Origin: Marsupella aquatica
Lineage: Eukaryota; Plantae; Marchantiophyta
Assembly: GCA_973895155.1 (NCBI GenBank)
Contig: OZ316895.1
Coordinates: 2,777,659 to 2,841,658 of the forward strand
DNA length: 64,000 bases
Reading direction: 5' to 3'
Part shown: positions 24,454-36,463 of the stretch, piece by piece
How the letters are laid out: every line of letters starts with the position of its first letter
How positions within the stretch are numbered: position 1 is the stretch's first letter
Translations under genes and position numbers: made by a program
Notes under the pieces: generated by a model
The model's input: the letters and a program-made list of their open reading frames with translations, nothing else
The model's database searches: none
Told to the model about the DNA's origin: nothing

Positions 24454-26778
24454 CTACTTATGGTGCAGCACACTAGCTAGCAACTGGGAATAAAATCCAT
24501 TTTGACTATCCATTGGATTATTGAACTCTACATCATTTACTTGAGACAGTGGTACATCTAGAACCTCTTGTTCATGCAACCTCATGACTTCATCATCTGA
24601 GATGTATGCTTCTTTCCTAGCAAATACTGCATCAACCATAAAGTCTTCATCATCATCCTCAATGTCTGAGTCTGCTCTGCGACTATCCTCATAATCCGAG
24701 TTGTTGTTTGAGATGTTCTCCACTTCATTGTCATGGTTTGATTCATCTTCGGAGCTGTCCAAGGAAGGTCCTGTGCCTTTACCTTGTGACAAGAATGCAT
24801 CCCGTGCTGCACACTTCCTTTTATCATGTCCACCTTCTCCACAATGGCCGCATCGTCGTGGCCTCCGGACAAGATCCTCTTCTGGAAACCTCAATTTGGC
24901 CTTCTCGGATGGGTGACCCCTCTTTCGCCTAATCAATGGTGGACCACACCATGAGTCTGGTTGTAGATCAGTCTGCAATATGGCAGGCACAGTCATATTA
25001 GTATGTTTGCTGGAATGTTGCTGTGGAATAGAAAGGTGAAACAAAGTCAAATTGCCTTTTTCGCAACCTGGTGCATGCCCTCCATGCATGCACGCAAGGT
25101 AATAGGGTGTCCTGCCAATCACCACAACTACAATTTCACTCAGGTTCAAACTGAACAAGAAACTGTCTCCCAAGAAAATCAGTCACCCTACATTCAGTAT
25201 GTGATGATGCATCAGCAAGAAGAAGAGTCTGTAGCTTTCTCCTCAGTTTGTTTCAAAATTGTCATTATGTTTGGAGGGAATGGTGTAGTGATGGACGTAG
25301 CCAATTCTCTCTTCTCAAAGAATTTAGTCATCATGTAGTCCCACAACAGATTAGACTGTTTGAATGCCACCTCTTGTCGCTGAGGCTTCAATGCCCTATT
25401 CAAGCTCTCCGCTGCTTGGCTAGTCTCTTGCCCCCACCTGTTATCAAGTGTTTACAGTACTGAGTTCTTACAATCACCATTGATGTACTCTTATCCACAT
25501 GTACACAATGCCATTGTTGTAACTTTGTAAGAAGAAATTACCAGGCTTTGTACATACCTTCTCACTGGACAATAAGCTCTTGAGTAGTGCTTAGGATGGG
25601 CTGTCTTCTCAATGTAGTCTGCAAGTTGAGCATTTTTGTCTCGAATTCGGTCCAATCTCCTTTTGAATTGCTCTGGAGTAGTTGCATATACCAGCGGCTC
25701 AAACTCCTTGCTTGCTTGCTTGTTGAAATGTGTCCTGCAATTGTCATTGTAGAACTCATGAGAAAAACCAAGCAAATGAGCAAGAGAAAGAAGGACTGTG
25801 CATGTGCAACAGCAGCTTGCGCAAATAGACATACCTGCAATTATCTGCAAGGCTAGGTGCCATGAGCAAAAGGCATGGAATCCCCTAGGGAAAACCTCTT
25901 CCACACCATCCAATAACCCTTTCTCTCGATCAGAAATGAATATAGTGTTAGGTCTTGTTAACTCAGGAATTGCAACTTTAATCAACCGCAAAAAATTTAG
26001 CCATTCCGTAGGGTTCTCACTGGGTACCATGCAATAAGCAAGCATGACGATGGTGTTATTGGCATCAAGTGCTGATGCTATGAGCAAAATTTGAGGATAT
26101 GAAGATCTGGTGTGTGTTCCATCGAAAGCAACCAAAGGCCTACAATGCTTCAGGGCCTCCCGTGCAGCTCCTGGGCATACAAACAGACTATGGAACCGTC
26201 TGTTTGGTGCTTAGTATTTGACTGTGGCTGCAAGATCCCGTTCTAGAATGTGATGACAATGTGGCGGAATCAAGTAGAACGAGTCTTTCTCTCGTCCATC
26301 CAACTTCTCCAAGGCTTTCTTCTTAGCTGCCCAGACAGTATGGTACTTGATATCTGGATGAACAAGGGCTTGAGCTGTATCCCGCAATGAAGAAGCTCTG
26401 GTTTGTCGATTTCTCATGACAATCTCCATAATTTGTTGTGCCAGGCGATCAGAGTTAGTATGCATTCGCCTTCTCCAATGGTCAGCTGCCTCACAAGAGT
26501 GTTCAATGTCTGCCTTCATGATTGTAAATTTTCCACTTATCTTTTTTCTTATGGCTCGGATTCGCCAAGGACATCTTTTGTCACTATCAACACATTCATC
26601 ATTCATTCGACAATGTGCCAGGTATCTTGTTGAATCTTTCTTGTAGGTTCGAATAATTCGTTCAGTATGCACGCCATGGTCAACAATTAAGTTTTTCAGC
26701 TCCTCAAACGACTCAAACATCTGGCCTATCTTCAGCCGAGTAGACCAATCAGAACCAGTATGGCGAGTTATCACTGCC
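24454..26778 (-). pseudogene. Disrupted MULE (mudrA-like) transposase
   Basis: MuDR N-terminal domain (LKIGQMFESFEELK...CPWRIRA), DDE core (FDGTH, ISDREKGL, FCSWH, TSQAAESLN), SWIM finger (CSCGDWQDTLLPCVHA) and zinc knuckle (CGHCGEGGHDKRKC). Introns ~25735-25834 and ~25438-25557. In-frame stops at 26211-26213 and 25136-25138, plus frameshifts. 5' end uncertain (donor near 26947). Confidence 0.9.
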
Positions 26779-27474
26779 CTACAAAAACAGATTCAATAAA
26801 ATCTCAACAAAGAGACTCTCTTGGCACCATATGTTGGAGTAGCCAAGCAAAGCTTTTGTGTCGGTTCAAGTAAGCAACACATTATTTTAGCAATAGCTTT
26901 CAGCAGCAACTACAGAGCTCAAAATTGAAGCAACATTGCTAACATACCTTTGCAACACGTCATTCACTTATGGAGTTCCACAGCGAAGAGGTTATAGTGA
27001 CGAGTTTACAGCTGCTCCCAACTCTTCTGCTTTGATGTCAAGAGCCCGTGTCTTGTGCTAGGCCTGTATCGAAAGAACGGAGCAGCTGGATAGTTAGCCT
27101 AGCGCCACTTGAGCTGCGATTTGATGAGGTTAAGTCAAAGGGGATAAGCACAAAGTTTGCACTGCCTACAAGTCTTCATTGGGAATGCGAGTGTGTACGT
27201 TGCGCAAGGGAAAAATGCACATGCTGTGCTCCGCAAAACGGGCACAATTTCCTGCTTGTCAAGCACTCGGCAACTCGAGCAATTGCAGGCATTTTAGCTT
27301 GTGAATGGAGGCAAAAAAAGATCACACGAGCCTGCAGCTTTGCTGTCTAGGTAGGGAGAGGGATCGATCGATTGCGCGAAGGCGTGGCCGCGGCTAGGAC
27401 TCCCGCATGAACCTCAAATCGTAGTTCATGGGGGGGGGGGGGGGGGCGCAGTGATGGTCCTCAGCAGAAGGCAC

Positions 27475-27819
27475 GGCAAGACCTCAAATCGGGGCCAGGA
27501 CCTCAAATCGTAGTTGCTGGGGGAGACCGGCAATGGTCCTCAGCCGGGTGCACAGTTAAGCAGCGCATGCGAGAACGACCATGGGGGCAGCCGACCCACC
27601 CCTGCGTAAGAGGATCCGAGGGTGGCAGTTGTGTAGACGAGGGCATTACTAGCCGTTTGATCTGGCCATATGGAGTTGTTACAGCCGTCAGATCCCCAAG
27701 ACTTAACCTGAGTTACTTTAGTAACCCAAACCTGAAATCCATGGCATAGTGCTAAATAGAAAAAAAACCGTGGCAATGTGTGTATTATGTCATAAAAGAA
27801 TGGCACTGTAGTAAAACCC
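27475..27819 (-). repeat. Right TIR of MULE
   Basis: Near-identical inverted copy at 22687-23036. Confidence 0.9.
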
Positions 27820-30800
27820 AGTTTGGTTAATACAAGAAAGCTATGACAAGTATAAAGCCCATAGCTAGGGTACAAGCCTCCCCCCACCCCCCATTTCTAC
27901 CTCAACAAGGACCCCCCTATATACATAGCACCACCAAAGAACAAAAAGCGCCAAAGGAATGACAAGATTACAAAGGCAGGAGACCCAATACAGGAGAGAA
28001 AACATGGGAAAAACCAAGAAGACCAAAGATCATCCATACTTCATAACACATTACTTCAATGAGGAGAAAGGACGCATTTTTTCCCCACCAAGGAATGTTC
28101 TTTTTCCTTGTAATTTTAAAGTGAGGATATCTTTGCAGGTGTTAACACCATTCGTGTTTTCGTTCTTACCAAGCAACGTTCTGACAACTGCACAATCCAA
28201 CTCACCGAGCATGGGGAGAATTTCCTGTGCAAAAGCCGAAATTGTCGGATATACCTGATAGATGATTTTGTCAACCGCAGTGATTTCATGTGCTTCGATG
28301 GCCCAGGTCCTTTCAAAAGATCCACATAATGCAGGTCCTTCTAAAAGATTCACATCGTGGGTGATCAATATCAGGTCTCCCTTTCGCAGGGAACAAGAGA
28401 AGACATCTGTGTGTAGAGCAGGTACCAAATATCTAAGTCTGTGCATGAGTCTTCTGCAAGTATTCCTGTAAAGGAGGAGAAGATGCCCATTGAGTCCAGA
28501 ATGACCATTCAATCGAACAGCACGATGTCAAATTCACTGGTGGCTGTGGTCTGACTAGCCACACTCCTGTACTGGTCCTAGTGATGCAATGATTACTCTG
28601 CCTCACCCAAGCTGTCTTTCAAACAAATGGAAAGCAACAGACAGGAGAATAATACCGGTGGAAAAACATATTGAACAAACGTGATTGTTAGCAAGCCTTC
28701 CATGAAAGTTTTCTAGAATGAGGAGACAGACCTCTATTAGAATGATTTTAAAGGTCAAAGTTTCTTAGGGCACTATCCTCTCTTGCGTATCTGAGCTCCC
28801 ATACTCCTTCCATGCAAACACTTTCCAGTTCATTAAAAGTTCAGTGCATTGACCCCCTGCAGTTGCCCTGTTGTGGTTCGGGATTTTATTTTCCTCAATG
28901 CTCTTTCAAGGAAACAGAAGCCCAAATGGACCACCACATTTCAGAAAAAAACCAGGATGGATCTTCACACAGCAAATAGCCAATCCTGAAACATTATTTT
29001 TTATTCAGATAGTACTGTCCTCTTCGAGATAATTCTCATACTTTGTAGAGTAAACCATTGTTTGGTCCATCCTGGTCCTATGTTAGACCTGGTGGTCCAC
29101 GGGGGCATCAAGTACCTCCTACAAGGCAAACACAGGGAAAAAGGTCCTTCATAGGACCACAGGTCTATCTACCACATGTTGCTCAGTAGCTGGCCCATCG
29201 TTCCGAGAGATTTTCTTGCTGTGAACAAAATCAAGACTTTTAGTGGAAAAGCTCGCTCTTGAAGTCTACCAGAAAGACCAGTAGCACCTGACTGAGCCAA
29301 CAATCCCGTGGAAGAAAGGAGTCCACGACAATAAGACGAATCTAATCCGTTGATGGATAAACTCCCCGAAATCGCATTATATATCGGCAAAACGTGGAAG
29401 CACCATAAAGACGACGATTTCTTAAATCCGGAGTTGTTCGAGACTTCACTGTGAACCAGGAACCGCTTTGGCCTTTGAGCTAGGTTACACACGAATACCC
29501 TCATCAAACGGAACCTCACTGGGTTGGAAAAGACTAATCACGTTTTTTGCATGATCCAGCCCGCTTTGACGAGGCAGTTCGAAATCAAATGACTCCTTGA
29601 AAGCTTTCCCTGTTATTTTAATACAAGTCCGACTGGCCTTACTCCCAAAACTTTTCTCTTCCTCACAGTAATTTGAAATTGAGATTTCTAGATGATTCCT
29701 TTGAGGAGTTTTCTTAGTGAAGAAACCGACAGTTTTGGCTTGAGAAAGGCAACTTTGCCCCAGATCAGAGGTCAATATTAGTAACCACATGGAATTTGCA
29801 ACGCAAAATTTGGAACATGCCAGCGATGTGGAACTAAACAGCCCTTTTCCTCATAGCTTTGACGGAGACTCAAATTCCGATTCAGATATTTTATAATAAA
29901 ATTTGAAAAGTCGTGCCTTGACTTGGGATATTTTCTAAAAGGCCAGCCTAAAATCTCTGGCAGCCAACTAATACACAAGAGAGCCTTCTTCCAACATCAA
30001 GACATCAGTTGGAAAAGCTAGAAAGGAGTCACAACGTTCTCTTTCGAACATCCTCCTACTACGTAATTAACCCAATTAATCGTAGACCCTACTGTCCGTC
30101 GAATTCCATATCAAGGACTTTTGTAAGACATCATATTTGAGAAAGTGCAAGTGTTTATAACATGTGCTCCTTGAGAACTTGCCAGACATAATCGGGTTGG
30201 CGGAGTGAATTGCTCTCACAAGAACTCGAATTCAGTCAAAGAGTACATCATTTGCAGCAACCCTAATCAAATTACCGAGCATTCAACATATGCTATGGCA
30301 CCCATCTCTAAGCACCAGGGCAAGGTGCATGGAACGACTAATTAACATCTACAAAACCAGGTGAGGATCTAACTGAAGCATAGACTAACTTGGTTCGAGT
30401 TCTCAGTTTCTAAGGATGAAAGGTCTATTTCTCTCCAACATTGACATCGATTTGAATAGCTCAAAACTGCAGATGTTAGTTGTGGCGGTAGTAGCTCCAG
30501 GTGCAGAGATACAAGTCATGTCCAGTGGACAAATGCTCAACTGCAAGACCGTCTTGAACTCCGGACTTGATTTGAAGATAACTTTCCTGGACTTGGTCGA
30601 CGGGCGACATTCCCAGGAACATACGCAATTTCCCTAAAAGGAAACCCCCATGTCTGGGTTTCAGCGCCACCATCTATTCCCTCTGCTTACTGGACGGTCC
30701 CCAGATGAAGGTTTGAATAACTCATCGGTGAAATTGAAAGGGATGAAATATGAATCTGCCACAAATGGCTCCAGCCCTGACAATCTCAATCTATCAGACA

Positions 30801-31168
30801 TTCTCCTCTCTTCGTCAACAAAGTAGCTCGGATTAGAGGTTACAACAATGCTCAGGGCCCCTAAAAATCTAAGGAAGACGACGACTTCAACATGTTCCAT
30901 GAAAGTCTCGCTGAAGATTTGAACAAGCTATTAATCCCCAATCATCAATTTGAGATACACCCAGCAAAAGTTTGCCAGTCCCATGGCTGGGTGCTCGCAA
31001 CAGCAACAAGCACTCTGGTTGAAAGAAATAGGGCTGGAAAGCAGGGTACCATCCCTGTACCAGGAAACTCCAACAAAGACTCTTGAGAGTAACTATTCCT
31101 TCCATCTTTCCAAGAAATCTGCATGCTTTCAAAGATTTCATCACAGCTCCACTGCTGTACTGTGCAAA

Positions 31169-32535
31169 TCATTCGAGACCAACATCAACATTCTTGCTCT
31201 TGTAAAATTCTCTTGCCTCGTCTATATCCTGCACGGCAACATGAAAATGCCTTCAATAATCTCTCCGTAACCTCAAACCACTTCGCAGAGCACACTAATA
31301 TATCCTAGGCATCTTGGCCAAGTGCAAGCATAAAGCAACATCAAGCTTGAGCTCTTTGAAAGAGTTCCTTGTTTGTCGACGTTGACCGCCGTTTCTCCAC
31401 AAGCTGAGATAATTGAACCCACATAGATTGGCCGGTTTTCAAGTTGCTGGTAACTATGATACTTCAAAGAAGTTAATGTCTCCATGAAAACTTATTCGAT
31501 CAATTAGACAGTGGCAATGCTGATCGAGGGAGCAAGGCAGTATATACAAGTCCGACCCAGCAGTCCACAGGACTTCCGCCCAAACATCCAGTGGTACATG
31601 TCTTTCAGAATCCATGGTATGCAGGGCAAAGCAATGCTCTTTCAGACAACGCATACCACTTGTCTGGCACAAAGTAAGGTCCAAAATCTGTGGTTTAAAA
31701 CTTGCACGGAAAGGAATCTTTCAATACGTCAATTGCGGTATCATGCCAGGTGAATGAACCACTTCTGAGGTATGTTCGTACAGTTCAGAGGGATTCACTC
31801 GGACTGCCGGGGCCATAAGGAATTTGATATAAGCATGTGTGCAGGGAAGTGAAATATCCGTAATGTCCTATAGAGCGGTAAAATTGACAACAAAAGTGGA
31901 AACAATTAAGAAATATATTAGACATTTTCTAATCTAAATCCAACAGAAATTTCACCCACGGTTCACTGAAGAGATCCCCTACCTGTTGAAGCAAAACAGC
32001 CTCATGTGGACATGTTGGGAAAACCATAAGACCATATCCAACGGCACCTAACCCATAGCACCCGAGTGTCACCACTGCGTACACGGGGAGCTACCAGCAA
32101 TCCAGCCATGCAAATCGGTAAGACAAAACTGCAGCGAAACTAGACGAAAATGACCAGAAATTGCACTGGAAACATGAAATCATACAGTTACGAGGTGTAC
32201 TATAGACACAAATATATCTCAAGGAAATCAGCATCAAGCTAAGACAATCATTCGTTCAAACGAGAATTTTAGACTTTCAGGACACTACAAGTGAGAACTG
32301 GAGACATAGTGGGCAGGATTCCCTTCTCAAACACCAAAATGGAACAGGAAACAACAAAAACAGAGTCTGAAGATCCCTCAGGGAATGAGTTGGCGACCAG
32401 TGTCTTAAGCAGGACAGAACTCACATAGGGCAGCAGAAGAGTGCACGAATGCGGCAAGTTGGGGGAGAGCAGCAGCGCAACCCAGACTGAGACCACCGCC
32501 AGGGCAACAGCGCCCACCTGCAAAATTCGCTTCAT
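31169..32535 (-). CDS. DPM3: Dolichol-phosphate mannosyltransferase subunit 3, 92 aa; exons 32425-32535, 31983-32090, 31169-31228
   Basis: Spliced protein MKRILQVGAVALAVVSVWVALL...LLLPY|LPVYAVVTLGCYGLGAVGYGLMVFPTCPHEAVLLQQ|DIDEAREFYKSKNVDVGLE matches the plant DPM3 signature (LGCYGL..G.GLM.FPTCP.EA.LLQQDI.EA). GT-AG phase-0 introns. Confidence 0.92.
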
Positions 32536-33092
32536 GACCTCGAATTTTCTCGCGATTCGAATGCAAACACGATCATTACCCATTCACGGGAAGCCGTTTT
32601 TCTCTCACCAGACAAAACCAAACGGCTGCACCGAGAGAACAGTCATGGGATCTGTCGATCTTCTTCACTCCGGCGGTCACTATTCATTCCTCACGATGCA
32701 AGCAACTTCCCAATGAGTTTGGCCCTTGCAATGTGCTGGATCGGATTTTTCTTGTTAGGAGATCGTCCACTGGGGTTTCGTTGTGGCCTGCGCATTCCAC
32801 AACGTTTGATGAGTCTGGTCCATACTAATTCTAAACTAGATGAAATTCAACTAGTTTTGAGATCTTGGTGAGCCTTTCTTGGAGTCTCTTGTTCCGCTTC
32901 GCTGCCTTCGCATCCAAAAGGCAAGTACACTATGGGAAGTCCCCACATGGCAAATGTATATTTCAGTCTCCCAAGTGCAATTTTTTTGCTTGTACTTTGC
33001 TACTAAAGATGTTATAATTGACAATAGTGTCACAGATTTTATTTTTGTTTATACATACGCCAAGTTTTGTAAGGGGATGACAAGTTCATCAA

Positions 33093-33410
33093 CATAATTA
33101 GGGAGGTTGTTAAACATAATTAGGGAGGTACATAATTAGGGAGGTTACATATCAGTAATCAGTCACTAATATCAATTTAGTTGAGTGTACTTGCCGAGCC
33201 CATATATCCCTTCAGTGGCCCTTGCTGAGTTCCTTCGGCAACCCTCGCCAATTCAAACAATAACGGTTTCAATACTCTGACTAAATCCACAACTCAGCGA
33301 CCTCACTGAGTCACTTTGAGCCACATTTGGCGACCCTCGTTGAGTCCTTCAAAAAATGATGGCTTCAATACTCTAAGTCCACAACTAAGCGACCTTGCTG
33401 AGTCACCTCA
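33093..33410. repeat. Clustered short degenerate repeats (cataattagggagg x3; gcgacc..ctgagtc x5), probable TE subterminal remnant
   Basis: Directly visible repeated motifs. Confidence 0.55.
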
Positions 33411-34654
33411 AATTCTATTTGTAATCACTGATGTTTTAGACTGATACCTGATATCTGTGAAGGGTACCTAATACAGTTGCGACACTTGTAATTAAGGGAG
33501 CTATATATGAAAAACAGTGGCATATTTGTAAATATAATAATACTAGACAGTGGCGGTATTCTAAATTCAACATCTTTAGTGACAATGTACTTAAAAAGCT
33601 GGATTTTTATTCCAAGGGAAAAGCTGGATTTTTGTTACCATTTTAATTCCAATCTATGATAGCTATCTTCATTATTATGGACCTCAAGGAAATTTCTTTT
33701 CAAAATTCCTATTACCCTTGACATATTCTGATTTTAAGCCGGAGAGAGGAACAATGATATTTTCAACAAAAAACAAACACAACTGTTCATGTTTGATGCA
33801 AGACAAGGAACAAAAGTTAGACTCTCCAACTCCTCCTTGCATTGGGCACAGAGTTTGGGGCTATTTGTGGCTCAAATTCTCCACTTTGTTCAACAATTGA
33901 CAATAATTTTATATTCCTTTCCATTACTTTACATAAAATGTATCATTCTAATAATCTTGAAAATGGTATTATAACCTATTTTTTAATATGTTTTTAAATA
34001 AGTGTAAGTAGTCGAGCATTAGAATATGTAGCTACAAGGGAAGTTAAAATAATCCTACCAGGAAAAAAAAACTCAGTGCATTAGTAGTGTTGTTGTTTTT
34101 TTCAGTATGAGGGGTGCTAGTTTTCTACCACTATCCTATCTAACTACTAATTTGTATTAGAAGGCTGGACTTTGGAGCCTATGGGTAGAGTGAAGCTTCT
34201 AGACAGTGACTCTGGGTGGATAGAGGCAAGTCTTGGGGTGAGGTTACAGGTGGAGAAAGCAACCACGGACGGGACTAAAGCTCAGGCAGTCAGACTAGTT
34301 CAAATAGTGTGTTTGGGGGTTGTCCTATTCAATTAGAAAGCCTTAGGCTATACAAGTTTCAAACACTTAAGTTATGGCAGGGATCAGACTGGGCCTTGTG
34401 CATGAGATAAAGCTTTCTAATTAAGTCAAGCTCTGATTTGTCTCGTTAGATTGAAGGCAAGGGGTTAGATTGAAGGCAAGGATCACGTGTTCAAACAAAA
34501 CAAATAGATTGTATTACACTAAAGTAATTATAATACACTATGTATTCAAACGCAAGACGGAGGTAATTCTAATACAAGAACCTGCGTATTAGATCACAAG
34601 AACCAAGTAATTTTAATAAACCCAGGCATGTATTCTTATCAATAGGGCCTTCTA

Positions 34655-35258
34655 GTTGATAATACAGCATGTTCATCCTGGAACATGCTTGAGTTTCTGT
34701 CTTGTAGTGATCTGTAAGTAGGATAAAATAAGATAGTAGAACTATAGTACATAAAAGCAAGTGGGACAAAATAGTGCAGTAGAAGTAGAGCACATGCAAA
34801 GAAAAGCACATAATGACCAATGAGAAGTACAGTCAAGTTCTATGGCACAAAGGTATGGAAGATCTGTGCACATAAGATACAGATCTTCACTTGCCTTACT
34901 AAGTCGCTCAACTCAGTAAAAATTATAAACTTAGAAAAGAAAACCATGAGGAGAACTTAAGACCCAATGTGTACAGGTTGTTCATAATTATTTCTCTCAC
35001 TCATGAGAAGACTTAGAACTTTGCTCAAGTGGTAGATATTAAAGTGATTGAATTCACACATTTGAAATCTAAAAGATAACAAAGATTAAAAATTAAGAGG
35101 GGTGCCAAAATAAGTTCAAAATACTCTGCGCTGCCAGCAATTAAAGGGGCCCTAAAATTACCTAAAAATCTAGATAATACAAATGATGCCTCTTGATAAG
35201 GCGCATTGACATAAAAATCTATGACACAAAAAATCTAAATAAGACAAAATCTGAAACT
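34655..35258 (-). repeat. Dispersed AT-rich repeat, copy B
   Basis: Diverged reverse-complement copy of 9845-10390. Confidence 0.8.
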
Positions 35259-36463
35259 GGGCCTTGAGGTCCAAGGAAGATAGTACTCAAACAAATTTAG
35301 CAAGAAAGGATCACAACTCTACATCCTGAATCTTGGTCTCCATTCCCTCTCCATCCCCCTCTCCAATTGAGTGGTTAAAAATCTTGCTGAGATTACTGTT
35401 CTAAAAAAACTTAACGGTCCAGATGAAATCTCAGCAGGACTTGTGGACTTGATACTGTAGTTGAAATTAAATTGCCTGGTTCTTCACCAAAGCCAGCACC
35501 ATACCATAGCCAGCAAAACAATGATCCAGTATTCCCCGAGTTTCTGCCTACAGTAACTTTGCTTTGTTTGTTTGCAGTTGAGTTTGATATAAGTGGCTTT
35601 CGTGGCTGAAGAAGGTGTTTGTAGTTGAGTTGATACAAGTTGCTTTGTCATGTGAAAACCATTTCTACATCTGTTGATTGTGAACTTGATGTGTCACAGG
35701 TAGAGCGGGCCATCCTACACTGGCAATCCTGTGGACTCTGCTGAGATACAGTGAACCCCTCTCTCCACTGTGGAGTACCTGTGCAACTGAAGGGGATACG
35801 AATAATTTCCGCCAGACCAACAGAGCAAAAGCACAAAACTTTTGAATAGGAAAGTAGACGTGAAGTGGGAAATTGGATATGGATGATGCCAACGTTGAAT
35901 ATGCTGATGGAACATCACTTCGAGTGAAGTGCCAAGGAAAGAGCCTCTTCAGTGATGCCTCCCTTAAATCGAGAGAGAGGAAGTAACTTCCAATGACATT
36001 CTAAGATTTGGGAAGAGACTGTCCCAGTGCAAATCTTCAATACCGGGAGCTCTGGAAATCCCCATGTGCAAGTACATGTAAGGGAGTGTAAGAATCAAAG
36101 TATTGTCTTGAACTTGGAATCATCTGCATAAATGATCAGCATCGCGACATCTCTCTTGGGTATTCATCTAGGAAAGAAGAAACTCCACATCTGGAGATTC
36201 TGAAAGCTCTACAGTTATGGCACTTCCCAGAAAAAAATGATCAGATTGAAAGGGTAACACCAGCACTGACCTTTCTAATTTTCACCTGCACTACTTCATT
36301 GATAATTCTCCATTTCCCGCAATCTCTACAATTAAACCAAGATAACATAGCTCTACGTATCCTGGTGTAAATTTGTATATGACACCTAAAGTGGTCAAAC
36401 AAGCTTTACTTGGCAATATCTGAGAAAAATGCCAATATTCTGCATGTTCAGAACAGTAAAGAG

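Larger units (their letters stand above)
22687..27819. mobile_element. Mutator/MuDR-like (MULE) DNA transposon, ~5.1 kb, long TIRs, two convergent genes
   Basis: 22687-~23036 is the reverse complement of ~27475-27819 (GGGTTT(T)ACTACA..CCATTCTTTTATGACATAATACACACATTGCCACGG...), with about nine differences over ~350 bp. MULE transposase motifs lie inside. No convincing 9-bp TSD seen. Confidence 0.93.

Noticed and set aside
27900-31100. Several 60-150 aa ORFs, first suspected to be LINE remnants
   Set aside because: No RT or endonuclease motifs recognised and no consistent exon chain. Probably DPM3 3'UTR or intergenic DNA.
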